Source: Anthoceros angustus (Eukaryota > Plantae > Anthocerotophyta). From it: DNA of 64,000 nt. How positions within the stretch are numbered: position 1 is the stretch's first letter; every line of letters begins with the position of its first letter. The stretch is from NCBI GenBank assembly GCA_010909165.1, contig VJWM01000019.1:496001-560000 (forward strand), in the 5' to 3' direction. The notes under the pieces were generated by a model, which had not been told where the DNA came from, searched no databases, and worked only from the letters and a program-made list of their open reading frames with translations. The translations under genes and the position numbers were made by a program. Shown here piece after piece: positions 51,387-64,000 of the stretch.

Positions 51387-52624
51387 ATTACTTTATGATA
51401 AAGTAGTAACAAGAGGAAGGACATCGAACTCACATTAGTGTCTCACACATGTATCAAGAGTTCACTGAACTCCGTGGTTAAGCAACCCTCTTGACGGATC
51501 ACTTCTTGAACTCTTTTCTTTGAGCATTTGAAGTTCAAGATTTGATATTTTCTTATATCAATCTTAGATAATGTGTTTATCTTGCAATGAAATTTTCAAC
51601 GCTCTATTGAAGTAAAACTAAAATATTGTGCAACGACGTAAAGCTAAAGTTTCAGGAGCGGAATAACGAGACTTCTCTTACGCTAGGTTAAGAAGAAATA
51701 TCTACGCTTTATTTACCTTCAAAAAGCATGGATGAAAAACTTGAAGAAAAAGAAATACTTTTATTGAATTTATCTCCAAAAAGAATGAATAAAGAAGAAC
51801 TTGAAGAAGGAGAAACAATAATCAACAATGTGAAAAGTTTGACATTATCTTATAGTGTGCCATTATCCCAAGACCAAACTTTCGGTTTAGAAGATGGTGG
51901 ACTTCAAAGTGCCAAGTAGGAGCAAACTATATCTCAGGTTATCCAAACGCATATCAATGTAACATTAGAAAGTGCAGACTTACATAAAAACATGTGTAAA
52001 TGGGCCCCTTATGAATTGGATCTATATAGTCTTGGAGTAGAGAGTTTTGAAGTTAATAACATTTGCATCAACTTTGGCGAGTACGAGGGGTATGGCCCCT
52101 AGCGATAGGGTAGATCAATTCTTAAAGAATTTCGTGGAGCAAATAGAGTGCTTTTTTTCCGTGCTCCACTTTACAACAGACCAAGAAAGATATGCAAAAC
52201 GTTCAATAAAGTTAGTCACAAAATCCTTGAATCTAATAAAAAGTCCATCTCAAAATAGGAGTTATCTATTCGATATTGAAGCAGAGTTGTTGGATTGACA
52301 AAAAAGGAGCAAGATTTTTTCACAAATAATTGGTTGGTTAGTTGGTTGGTGTCACCAAATGAGTGCAATAGTTTGCTTTGTGTGAGACACCGCTCTAGTT
52401 TGATTTGTGTGAGACCGTAAAATGTGAGATTATCTTTGAGTTCAGTTGTGTTCACTTCATGGCAGTTAAGTTGACTTGAGTTGAGTTAACTTTCTTCCCT
52501 ACTATTTTAACTTTCTTACTCAAGTGATTTGAATTTAAGATAGGTGGTTTTAAACAACTTCTTTGACTCTCGCTCAAGTACCTGAACTCAAGAACCGTAC
52601 TTTTAACTATTTTTTAGTTTTAAC

Positions 52625-55600
52625 TATTCTTTAACTGAGGTATGTCTCCGGGTACGGGGCGTGGCGCGTAAGTGGCTATGGCCTCCGTCCTCAGCGGGCG
52701 TCGCGCTGCAGCAGGGCCGGTGGCGGCAAGGTAGGGCTCATGTGTGGCGGGCCGTGGTGGCAAGGCCCCTATTTTGTAGGGAAGATGGCACCTGCAGGGC
52801 CCGGTCCGTCGCTGCCTCCGCTCTTTCCGTACAACCCACGCTGGGTTCATCGGGGAGCGGCTCCAGGGGACGGCTTGCCCGCGCGCCCAGGCTCCATCGG
52901 GGCGCTGCGATGGCACATTCATATGAAATATTTTATTAATTAGGGCTCTATTCATTTGGGAACCTGGAAATCCTCATTATTTAATTCTTATGGCTAGAAA
53001 TAGTTACTTTATTTTAGTTATAAGTTATGATGGTTATAATCACCTCTATCACATAACACTTGTACATTCTATCATTCTAAGTAATCTATGCTACAAACTC
53101 TTTGAGCAAGCATATGATTCTCATCATGGTATCAGAGCATCCCTGCTCTTGATATTTGAATACATCGCTTGCTGCCTATGCAAGCATCAATCCCTAATGC
53201 ATATTCTATTCTAGATTATCTAATTTTTAAATATGCATCACAGAGATTTGATCTTCGGCAGCAATTGCATTATGTACAATTTTATATTTATATGATGAAC
53301 AATTTGTGCATCCAATCGTTGTCAATTCGCCATGGATTCCATAAATCCTGGTAAACAAGGATACTCAAGAAGATTCAGGGCTGCAAGACAGGAGAAACAA
53401 TTCAAGGACCACAATATAAGACTCCAAAAGAGACTGGATCTACATGTTGAAGAAATTGAAGGAATTTTCCAACAAGTTTGTAATTTCGTTGGATCAATTT
53501 TAATTAAATCTGATAATCAAGGAAAATTAATTAAACTTGCTAAACAAGATTTGCTCACATCTTTTAGTCCATTGCAAATCAAGTCCATAGAATTAACCCC
53601 TCAACATATTCCAAATGCAAGTGCTGATACTAATATTAACTTTGCAGCATAGCATCAATTCCATCATATAAGAAATAAAACAAAGTCAAACTTTTGCTCA
53701 AGACAGATTTGATTTATTAACTATAGAAATTTTTTATCTTAGTAATGCTATTGACAAATTAAATCTTACAATCTCTTCTCTCTCAAACAATAGCTCCTCA
53801 CAGCTGTTAGTAGATGAGTGTATAGATCCCGATTTTGATGAAGATGCAGGAAATTCAGCATGTATGAACTTCTCCAAACTTGTACGTGCACGATCTAGCC
53901 GTCCCCTCTAAATTCACCTGTGATGGCTAGACAGGACGACGACGAAGAACAGCTTGATGAAGAGATCAACCAAAACAAGGACAAAGGCAAGGAGAAGGAC
54001 TTCACAGAGTCAAAGCCAACAATAGACCACAGTTATGGAGATAGTTTCAGGGAGGAAGATAGATTCAATGGCAAAGACTATGACGTCTAGCGTCTACGAA
54101 TGAAAGGAGTTTTACACAACCGAGAATTGTAGGATGTAGTCAATGGATATGCTCAATTTAGGATCCTGAGAGTAAACATACCTGGGACGCTAAGGACGAG
54201 AAGGCTCAAGATATCCTAATTAGTAGCCTTTCACAACATATGGTGAGGCAAATCGGTGAAGCAAGCTCCTCCAAGGAAATATGGGACTATCTCACTCAAC
54301 TATACTCCTCCAAAGATGTTATGAGTTTAATGACAACTACTCGCAATTTCCATAATATGAAGATGAAGGAATCAGATACAATCAAACATCACATTAATGT
54401 TTTTCGCTTGGCAATCTCTCAACTTGAAGCTGCATCTGGTACTAAGCTTTCTGAGCTAAATTGCTTTGTTGCTCTCTTATCTTCCTTACCACCCTCCTAT
54501 AGATCATTTGTGACAACACAGAATGCCGTGTTGAGGAATGCTCATAAGAACATGGGCAAATATGACTCTGAAGAGCTGGACATTAGTGTCACCGAATTTG
54601 ATCGGAGCATTGATCCAGGAGGAGTCAAGTCGTCGACGCGATTCCTGAGCTAACGGACCGCAGGTGATATACACATGAAGAGGCAAAGGCAGAGGAAGAG
54701 GCAAAGGCAGAGGAAGAGTCAGAGGCCGAGGCAAAGGCTCCTCTTCAAGCTCTATCTGTCACAATAAAAACTCTTTTTAGTCACTCCCCAACCAAAGGAC
54801 ACAAGTCTGTTCTATTGGGTGATGACCACAACCTACCCATAATTGAAGTCGGTCATGTTGTTCTCATATGCGATTCAGGTTAACTTATTCTCTCAAATAA
54901 CGTCCTTCATGATCATCTATATGTAAAAACTTAGTGTCCGCTGCTAGGTTATGTCTAGAACATACTATACAAATCACACTCCGTGCAGAAAGTTGTTTCA
55001 TTACTTATGTCACCAATAAGTCATATGTCATTCGCACAAGCACACTAGAAGATGGACTTTATAAGCTATCAGTCCAAGTAGGTCCCACACAATCCATCAA
55101 TGTGGCGTCCCCAGATTCTGTCACACCAACACACACTATGTTGTGGCATTGTCGTCTAGGCCATCCTAATAGTCAAAAAGTATAAGGGAAGCCTTTATAG
55201 AATTCCGCGTCTCTTCAAAATAGAGCACCTACCTTGGTGTGAAGTTCGTGTCTTCACCAAAAGACATCAAGCTCCTTTTTAGAACATCTCTCCACAAAGG
55301 GCTAGCTACATCACCTCTCGAGCTTGTTCATACATACATTTGTGGTCCTATCTCCAAACCCTCATGTAGATATATTTTTTACTTTCATAGATGACTACTC
55401 TCGTTTTGTCCTCATCTAGAGTGATGCTTATCATTTCTTCAAGGTTTTTATGGCTTAGGTAGAGAGATTAACACACAAAAACTCAAGACTTTCTGTTTCG
55501 ACAATGGTGGCGAGTTTACATCACATGAATTTGCTGATTTTTGTCAAGCTAAAGGCATAGCTCAACAATTCACTGTTGTATGCACTCTTCAGCAAAATGG

Positions 55601-58600
55601 CGTAGCAAAAAATAAGAATCTATGCCTACAAGAGATTACAGGCTGTTTATTATCCCAAGCACACTTACCAATAGTTTATTGGGCAGAAGGTATTCTTACA
55701 GCCATTTATCTAATTAATAGATTACTTACTAGTAGGTATGACTACAAGGTATGACTCAATATGATACTTTGAAGTCATAAATGACTACAAGGTCTGCTAT
55801 TCAAGGAATGACTCCATATGAAGTATTCCGTGGTAAATAGATTTCTATGGATCATCTTCAAAATTTTGGATCTCCTCCTTACATGTTTATTCCTAAAGCA
55901 CAACGTAAGAAGTTAGATTCTAAGGCTACTAAGTATATTTTTATTGGTTATACTAAAGGGATCAAAGGTTATAAGTTATTTGATCCCTCCACCAGGAAGC
56001 TTGCCTATGCACCTAATGTTACTTTTAATGAGTCTCACCTATTTTCTCCTTTAGTGGGAGCTCCTGACTTTGACAATCTTCTTCTGCCCATCGAGGATTC
56101 TGATCATTCTTCTTTTGATGATGGTGATTATATTACTCATTTTCCTGTTCCTGCTTCTCGAGTTCCTTTGGTTGAACCTCTTGTGCCGGAGGAGGAGGAG
56201 CGAGTCTCACCCCTTCCACGACCTGACACACCTCCCTTTGATACACATGAACCTCAATGTCTTGAGGACCTTCTTGATATAAAACCTCGTCACTATGACT
56301 ATGACGCGGACCCTGATATTGGCTATGTTTCCTAGGAACCTGATCCCATTCCAGACACTCCTGGTCCTACATCAATTCTTGAGGAGGATGTGGAAAATGT
56401 ACAACCTACACAAGGTACAACCTGCGACCTCATCTTAACATTTCAAGACTTGCAGGATGGAAAGACCCTCCCTTAAGATACCTGTCTATTGTTGATGATC
56501 AATTTTCTCCTGTTTCACCTTACTTAGAAGGGGCATATAAAGCCACAACTTATCCCAAAGAACCTCTTACCTTAAAACAAGCTTTCACATCACCGAAAAA
56601 GACTTGTGGAAGGTAGTTGTAGATTCTGAGGATAGCTCCTTAGTTAAAAACTCCACATGGGAATTAGTTAGGCCACCTAAGGGGAGAAAAATCGTAACTA
56701 GGAAGTGGTTATTTAAATTAAAAAGAAAGGAAGATGGCTCTATTGAAGGTTGTAAAGCACGTTTAGTGGCTAGAGGGTTTACACAAATCCCAGGCTTAGA
56801 TTACTATGTTGTGCAGTTAAGGCAAAGATCATTCGAAGGGAAGTAAACTTAGCTACAGGAGCATAGGTGGCATAGGGTTAGTTAAGGCTAAGGAGGATTG
56901 GGTATGCAAACTCATTTAATGCATTTATGGCCTCAAGCAATTAGGCAAAGAATGAAATGTGACAATATATGTTAAGCTAGTCAAAAGATGCTTCAGACCA
57001 AGTAAGGTAGATGCTAGCATGTATACTTTAATATCAGGAAATGATACACTTTACCTGCTACTTTATGTTGATGACTTATTTATGGCTTCATCACGAGCTT
57101 CCTTTTTAGCAAAAATTAAGGCTTGGTTAAGGGGTCATTTTGAGATGACTGATCTTGGAGAAATGACCTATGCTCTTGGAGTTAATATTATTCGAGATAG
57201 ATTTAATAAAAGTTTAGTATACATATATTTCAAACCAAGTATATTAAGGAAAGTTTAGCTGAATTTGGACTTAAGGATGCAAAGCCTGCCCCTACTCCCT
57301 TTGCTAGTAGCATTCGACTTATCTCAGCTATGAGTGCAAAGACCAACGCGAATAAATTGGAGATGTCAGCAGTTCCTTATACACATGTAGTTGGCACTCT
57401 AATATACTTCAGCAATTTTACGAGACCGGATATATCTTTCAAGGTTAGCACTTGTTCATAGTTTTTGGAAAATCCTGAGCGTGAATATTGGATGTCTGTT
57501 AAACGTATACTTAGATATCTAAAGGGTACCATGCATATTGGATTGATATTAAGTTGCATATTTTCCTTTCATATAAGGCTCTTTTTCTAGCTTATTTTCT
57601 TCCATGTGAGTGGGAGTGATGAAATAGTTTATTAATTAGGGCACCTAAAAATCCTTATAATTAAATATTATTTAATTATTAAGAGAAGTAGTTGCTTTAT
57701 TTTAGTTATTGGTTATGATGGTTATAGCCACTTCTATCACATAACACTCATATATTCTATCATTTTAATCTATACTAGAAACTCTTTGAGCAAGCGTATG
57801 ATTCTCATCACGTTCATGCCTAGGGGTTTCTGCAGCTGTCACAAGTGCGGGCGCAAGTTCGGTGGGTTGTTCTAGGTTTTCGGCGGGTTGCGACCCCTCT
57901 GGGTGGGGGCCTCTGGCTAGCCTATTGGGGCTCACCATACAGAGTGCACACTTTGTACCTCTGGTAAAGGCCGGGGATTTTCTGTCCTCGGTCCTCGATT
58001 CCTTCTGGCCCTAACTCTCCCATGTCCTTGTGTCGTCTGCACCTGTACTCTCTACAAATGTTTTCTGCCATCTGACCTTTTCAGTTCAGGTTTTTTCCAT
58101 CAGTCTTCAAGCAGCTGTGGTTATCGTTCTTGGTTATCCCCTCGGCACTTTCCAGGTCTGCTAATTGTTGAGGGGAGAATTCTGTGCTCTTCCCAATGGG
58201 GGAGTCCACAGCTTTTGGGACTCTCAAAGACACTCCCTATCCGGTCTGTGCTCAGCTTTGCTGCAGAATCAAAGGGGTAAAAACCCACATTGGGCAAACG
58301 CATAAGGACTTCGACCACACTGCTTGGGCGGCCCAAGAGCGTCTTGCCACCCCCACCAACTCCGTGGTGCAGGATGCGCTGTCCAGCTCCGTTCTTCCAA
58401 GGGTACCTCTTTCATCATGGGAATGGTTGTGGACCCAGCTTGATCACATCCTTGGGCTGTTTGAAACCCGCTTTTCTTGCCCGCTCATCTTTTGCAAGCT
58501 TACCAAGCACCTCCATGATGACGCCCGGTGCTTCGCATTCCGTTTTCCTCTAGACTGCCTTGCACTTGACTCCCTCAACGAGTTGGCCTAGTGTCTCCTT

Positions 58601-60950
58601 GTGCTTCTACCTCGGTGATGTTTGCGCTATACCATGGGTGAGGCTTCTAGCCATCAGGAGGTCGCTAGCCGTCTTCGACATTTTTGGGGTGGCAATTGGG
58701 CAGCTCTCCAAGAGGAGGCTTTGCGTGCTTCCAAGGCTCGTGCGGAATCTAAGCAATGGATGAAACAGGCATCCGGAAATGCAGCAAACCTGCAGCATTG
58801 CAAGTTGTTAGGCCAAGCAGGTCAATATGCCGGGGCCGCTAGGGCCCTTCGCCCCCTCCCCTTCGCCCCTTCCCCCCTTCCCCTTCGCCCCTGATTCGAG
58901 GAGACCATTGCGGCCCTCCGAGCCCTCTACCAGCCCCGATGGACGCCATCCCCCCGGACATATACCACTATGTCCCTGAGATTCCCTTCTCCCTGGATCT
59001 GGCTACTTTTGCTTTGGCCCTCTCTATGGCCCCATGTCTCTCATACATCTTCCCCAACATCTCAAGGACCTTTGGGGAGAGTCATGAGACCCTTTGGATG
59101 AACCTTTGGGGAGAGTCATGGAATGAGTCAGACCCTTCCTAGGGCCCTGTAGTGAGCGATGGCGAAGAGAGCACCGCCCAGAGGGTCACCCTGCTGGGTA
59201 CCTTTTGCCGACTCCACGATAGAGACGGCAAATCCCGATGACACGTTCTTGTGCTGATAGTAGAGGTTGGAGGACCTCCCGTAAAACCACCTGACGAAAG
59301 AGATAAGGCTCCCCAAGACACCGCAAGTCTCCCTAAGCTCCTTGAAGATGAGGCCTCTGAAGTTGGTATTGAAGGCGTTCTCTACATTCATTGTAAGACC
59401 ACCCACTCCGGGTAGGTGTCGAGGCATACCTTCACTCCAAACACCATGGACTAGCAACCCCCTATAATGGCAATGTCCAATTGGATGGGATTTAGGTGGT
59501 GCTGGAGAAGGGAGCGGCATTGGAGGGCAATAGTACAACTGAGAAGAAGCATGAAGGCTTCCCCTTCCAAGAGATCCGATGATTCGTCTCTGAGACTCCC
59601 CGAGGCACAGTATCAGCCAGGGAAAAGAGCTAGCTCAAGTAAGCTGCAAAGGGCCTGTCCTGGAGGATGAAGCGGGAGGCCAAAGCACGAGTGGAGAGGG
59701 CCGAGCTGCCCATGAACGCTGCCGAGGAAGATACCTTTAGCAACAACAAGCCGTTCCTCCAAATTGCAGTGGCAGGGATGCTTGCCAGTGGGCAAGATCG
59801 CTTGCATGGCACTCGAAAGCCCTAGGAACCATGATGTCACCAAGATTTTGTATTAGGAATAGAGGAGGGAACTTTCCCTCTTCAAGTATCCCTGAGGCTG
59901 GCTAGTGATATGTTATCGGCTGATGCGCGACACGACTTCCCTCCCTTCACGTGATTCATCACCAATGGTTTCAAGGGGTTGCAGTCTTCCCTGCTTGAGA
60001 AGTAGCTTGGTTAGGTTTCCAGTTCGTCCTCACGGACCCCTCCATCCCCCGGGTCCACAAGAGCTTGGCTTCGCTCTTGCTCTAGGAAGGGCGCGGGCGC
60101 CTAGCTACTGGCTCATCTATGTATCATGTCATGGGTTTTCACATCACACCAACCACCTTCTCTACTGTGATGCATTTCCGTCTTGGCATGTTCCAGCCTT
60201 TGGCTTCTTCCCACCTTACTTGCGAGTGCCGCTCTACCCTTGATGACTCAGGATACACCTTGCTCGTTGCCCCCATGGGGGTCATCCCATTTGCACACAT
60301 GACGTCATCTGCGATGTCATGTTTGCCATTGCTCGCGAAAGTGGCTACTTGGCCTGGAGGCAGTGGGGGTACACTCTTCATATAGGTCAGTCAATTAGGG
60401 CTGACTTGTACCACGTTCGCGGCAACAAGGTTCGGTGGGGGACGTGGTGGTCATTGACCTTGCACGCGACTCCATCTCTGCACAGGTTATCACTAACCGT
60501 CCAGGTTGGGCTACTACCGGAGCGGCGGCTATCAAAATCAAGAAATATAGCAGGATGCAAGCGGGGCACCAATTTATTCCACTCGCCCTTCAAACCTATG
60601 AAGTGTTGGCTAAGGACTTCGATACTTTTCTCAAGTCCCGCGCAAGGCTTATCATGCCCTTAGGCACGGTGTGGGGCTATCCCTCTCCTATTTTACGACA
60701 TTCTTCAGACAGCGAGTGTCAATTGTTCTTCAACGGGGCCTCTCTATGGCGATCATGCGCAAAGGAGCGATAGCAAGTGCCACATCCTCCTTTACCTCTA
60801 TAATTTGTAGACCGTTTTCTTTTCCTACATATGACATCGTAGACGCAGTCGGTAACTACCGATAGGGAGCTTTGTAACTTCTCCATTTTACCTCGACCCT
60901 CAGGGTCTCTCTCGGTTGTCCTCTACTGGATGGGCTTCTCCCATCAAATT
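52625..60950 (+). mobile_element. Near full-length decayed CRE-like RLE non-LTR retrotransposon, interrupted by a copia and internally rearranged
   Basis: GC-rich 5' leader at 52625-52920 rejoins 57811 once the copia is removed. N-terminal zinc fingers CHKCGRKF and CAQLC..KTHIGQTH. RT motifs NAFNT and TQQGDPLGGALFA (on the minus strand). C-terminal knuckle and FFRQRVSIVLQRG. Confidence 0.75.
52921..57810 (+). mobile_element. Ty1/copia LTR retrotransposon, decayed, RNase H missing
   Basis: LTRs at about 52921-53126 and 57617-57810. PBS TGGTATCAGAGC at 53127-53138. PPT GAGTGGGAG. TSD CATTC/CGTTC. Gag (KEIWDYLTQLY), LWHCRLGHP, integrase (RKKLDSKA..IFIGY) and RT (KARLVARGFTQIPGLDY, LLLYVDD) in copia order. 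Confidence 0.92.
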
Positions 60951-61085
60951 TTTCCCCTAAATTAGAGGAACTAAACTATAATAAAGTTCAAACAAACCGT
61001 AAATAAAGAATCAATCTAAAAATATCTTTTAAAAAATCCTATAGATGAAAATGAAGTACCTAATTCACTTAAAAGTGATGGCTCT

Positions 61086-61431
61086 TTCTTCTGAATAATC
61101 TCGATCATATCGTCACCACTTATAAGGTTCTTCTGAATAATCTCGATCATATCGTCACCACTTATAAGGTTCTTGAATAATCTCGATCATATCGTCACCA
61201 CTTATAAGGTTCTTCCGAATAATCTCGATCATATCGTCACCACTTATAAGGTTCTTGAATAATCTCGATCATATCGTCACCACTTATAAGGTTCTTCCAA
61301 TAATCTCGATCATATATCGTCACCACTTATAAGGTTCTTGAATAATCTCGATCATATCGTCACCACTTATAAGGTTCTTCTGAATAATCTCGATCATATC
61401 GTCACCACTTATCGTCACCACTTATAAGGTT
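61086..61431. repeat. Tandem array of 40-42-bp units (8 copies plus a partial)
   Basis: AATAATCTCGATCATATCGTCACCACTTATAAGGTTCTT(CT)G at 61094, 61136, 61176, 61218, 61258, 61299, 61341 and 61383. Confidence 0.97.
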
Positions 61432-62652
61432 TTGAGTGCCTCACAGCCCGGTGGCAAGCATCCCCGCCTGCAATTTGGGCGTGGGGTGCTCATCGGAGGT
61501 CTCTTCCGGCTTTCTTGGGGAGTTGGGCCCTCTGCCCGCCTTGGCTTCCGTTTCATCCTCCATGACAAGCCCTTTCTCGAGGATCTCGTATCAAGTGTGG
61601 AGGAGGGAACCTTCTCTCTCCAATCGTCCTTGAGACAGGCTAGAGACATGTTATCAGCAGATGCTCGGAAGGACTTCCCTCCTTTCTCTACATTTATCAG
61701 CGATGGCTTTAGGGATTGCGAGGCATCTACGCTCGAGAAGCGGCTCGGCGGGCTTTTGATCATCCTCCGGGACCCCTCCATCTCCGGGTCCACTAGGCGG
61801 CTCGCTCTTGTTACAGGAAGGGAGGGTGCTTGGCTCTTGGCCCGCCCATGCATGAGGATTTCACATCGCGCAACCACCTTCACTCTGCGATGCGATTCCG
61901 TCTCGGCCTACTCCGACTGGCTTCTTCGCTCCTCACTTGTGAGTGCGGCTCTGCTCTTGGCGTCTCGGTGTCCACCTTGCTCGTTGTCCCCACGAAGTCG
62001 CCGCATTGCCACTCATGGCGCCATCCGTGGCGTCATGTTTGCCATTGCTCGCGAAAGTGGCTATATGGCTGGAGGAGGCGGGAGTATACTCTTCTTCTGG
62101 TCGTTCAATCGGCGGACTTATACCTTGTCGTGGCGACGAGGTTGTGGTGGCGGATGTAGTGGTTCTGACCACACGTGGCGCCACCTCCGCCCAGTCATCC
62201 TGGCCAATCGGTGAGTGCTTTGACTCTCAAGGTCCATAAGTATAGCGGGATGCAAGCGGGCCACCTCTTTATCCACTTGCTCTAGAAGCGTATGGGGCAA
62301 TGGTGAGGACTTTGACAAATTCATCAAGTCTTGTGCCAAAGCTTACCATCTTGTGAGGCATAGTCGGTGTCCCTCTCGTACTTCACATACTTCCGGCGGG
62401 TTTCTATTGCTCTTCAGCGCTCTCAGCGGCGATTCTCCATAAGGCGGCGACGGTGGGTGATGCCTTTTCCTCTTCCTCCGTGGTTTGCAGGCCGTTTATT
62501 CTACCTGCATATGACATTGTGGATGCAGTTGGTCACTTTAGGTAGGGAGCTCAGTTGCTCCTCTTCACTCCGACCCCCGAGTCCCCATTTGTTGTCCCCT
62601 CCTAGATGGTCTCTTTCCATCGTTCTTTCACCTCAATAAATCATCCAATTGT
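61432..62652 (+). mobile_element. 5'-truncated CRE-like retroelement copy with an 11-bp TSD
   Basis: Homologous to 59640-60930 (RQARDMLSADARKDFPPF, GREGAWLLARP, RVSIALQR). CTTATAAGGTT flanks both ends (61421-61431 and 62653-62663). Confidence 0.85.
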
Positions 62653-63376
62653 CTTATAAGGTTGTTGAGTTGGTCCCTTCAACAAGGAAACCACTAACTT
62701 CACGCTCTAGCACCCTTGAGTCGCATCACTGTTGGGATGGGGTGCTACCCATCCACCGTTGTAAAAAGCCCGTTGTAGCCGCCTGCTGTGAAGCCCAAAG
62801 CCACTAGCCACAAGTGTCTGTTCTAAACGATTGTTGTCTGATGTTTGTCTTACTGAAAAGACGTATTGGACTTGTTTGAGAGCGCTGCTGGCATGCTCCA
62901 TGGATCCCGGCATGGCTATACGTCCCGTAACTGTTTCGTGAGACACTGCGACTTGGGAGGAGCGGAAGGCTTGCGGCTCCTCCCGACTCCCGATTCTCCG
63001 CTCCAATTCAGGATTGGTCAGTTGCGGACGCATGCGCTCCTTGGCGTGAGACCTTTCCTGGTGGCTCCGGTCCATCAGCAGCTTCTTTGGCACCAGGCCG
63101 ACTGCGGAGCCAACTTCCTTGTGCGGTCTGTACCGAGGATAGGACTTCCTTTCAGTGACTGGACATTGCAATTCTTCATGGCTACAAAAGCAATTTGGTA
63201 GACGTTGGCCCGTCTGACGTTCCTGTGGTGCCGCGGTGACTGGCTTTCCTGGCCGAGGCGCAGGAGAGGAGCCATTTTTTGTTGTGTCCGAATCCGAATC
63301 CGAATCGCAACGGGAGCATTGGTGTCAGGTAATTCTGGTGCGATTGTGTCGCGGCTCAGGCTGGAGGGAGGGATGG

Positions 63377-64000
63377 ATGGATTGCGCGCTTACGGTATAC
63401 GAATTCTGTGTGCAGGATGCTGGAGGTTCCGTGCGGACTCCGGGAGGCGGTATGATCCAGCTTTCTGTGCCTGGCGCGCTTGGTCACGGAAACATGGAGC
63501 GGGCCTTGGGAATTGGTGCTTTCATGTGCTATCACGCATGGCAGATTCGGGGTGCGGGAGATGTCTGTCATGCTCAGGTTGCGTCCCAGGCATGTAACTC
63601 CATGCGCGTTTGTAACGGTGCTCGGCTGGCTACGCTTCCGGGTAGCTGGTCGGGTGTTTCGTGGCATTTGAGATCAGGCTCTTCTTGGAATGTGCTGCCT
63701 AGGGGAAGGAGCTTTTTCGTTCACCGTCCTGCGGGGTCGGAACTGGTTGCCAGAGTCTTCTCGGAGGAGCACCATGAGTCTGGTGTTGATGGTGCAATGA
63801 GCCCCCGGGGCGTTGAATCGGAGCATGCCGGGCGAGAGTGCGAAGATGCGCCGTGCTCGGCTCCTGCGTCTGTGGTGGATGGGATTCAAGTTAGCCAGTC
63901 TGGAGACAGCGGTCCCTTGGCTGCCTCTGGTGCCGAAGGAGCTGCATTTGCAGGTGTAGGTGTAGGTCAAGCAGAAGGAGACGGAGCCGTACAATTTTTT
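63377..64000 (+). CDS. Probable first coding exon of an unidentified gene running off the window, transit-peptide-like
   Basis: Manually read stop-free frame from ATG 63377 (or 63494) to the window end: MERALGIGAFMCYHAW...LVARVFSEEHHESG. It is absent from the ORF track, probably because it has no stop. No domain recognised. Confidence 0.45.
   Translation, partial: MDCALTVYEFCVQDAGGSVRTPGGGMIQLSVPGALGHGNMERALGIGAFMCYHAWQIRGAGDVCHAQVASQACNSMRVCNGARLATLPGSWSGVSWHLRSGSSWNVLPRGRSFFVHRPAGSELVARVFSEEHHESGVDGAMSPRGVESEHAGRECEDAPCSAPASVVDGIQVSQSGDSGPLAASGAEGAAFAGVGVGQAEGDGAVQFF

Noticed and set aside
61086-61431. CRISPR-like array
   Set aside because: Units are contiguous with no unique spacers, there are no cas genes, and the context is eukaryotic. 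The same applies to 50011-51030 and 29500-29940.
62707-63201. Overlapping 154-aa (-) and 111-aa (+) ORFs
   Set aside because: No domain or splice evidence; not supportable as genes from sequence alone.

Overview
Eukaryotic nuclear DNA from a seed-free land plant, most plausibly a hornwort. The lineage call is inference from a DYW:KP PPR gene ending in DRH, a cilia-associated PACRG-like gene and short GT-AG introns. Most entries in the ORF track are exon fragments or shadow frames. Host genes: organellar IF3, an OPT transporter, a pNO40/ZCCHC17-like S1 gene, a GNA lectin, an ASHR1-like SET/MYND gene, tRNA-Glu(CUC), UMP1, a PLS-PPR-DYW:KP editing factor, a patatin-like lipase, a trans-prenyl diphosphate synthase and PACRGL. 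These alternate with TE blocks. The most notable feature is an 8.87-kb DNA transposon at 13612-22483 with perfect 25-bp TIRs and a CTAT TSD. It carries a decayed Sola/DUF7869-like transposase and, on the opposite strand, a decayed ParB-like plus beta-class amino (N6mA/N4mC) DNA methyltransferase gene, along with dispersed GGCGCC-based palindromes. Also notable: (1) the PPR has an OSB-type PDF motif at its N-terminus; (2) a pogo-like element has captured LEO1/VIP4 fragments; (3) three CRE-like RLE non-LTR retroelement copies are present, one flanked by a tandem amplification of its own target site. Boundaries of spliced and decayed genes were read by hand and are approximate. No database searches were run.
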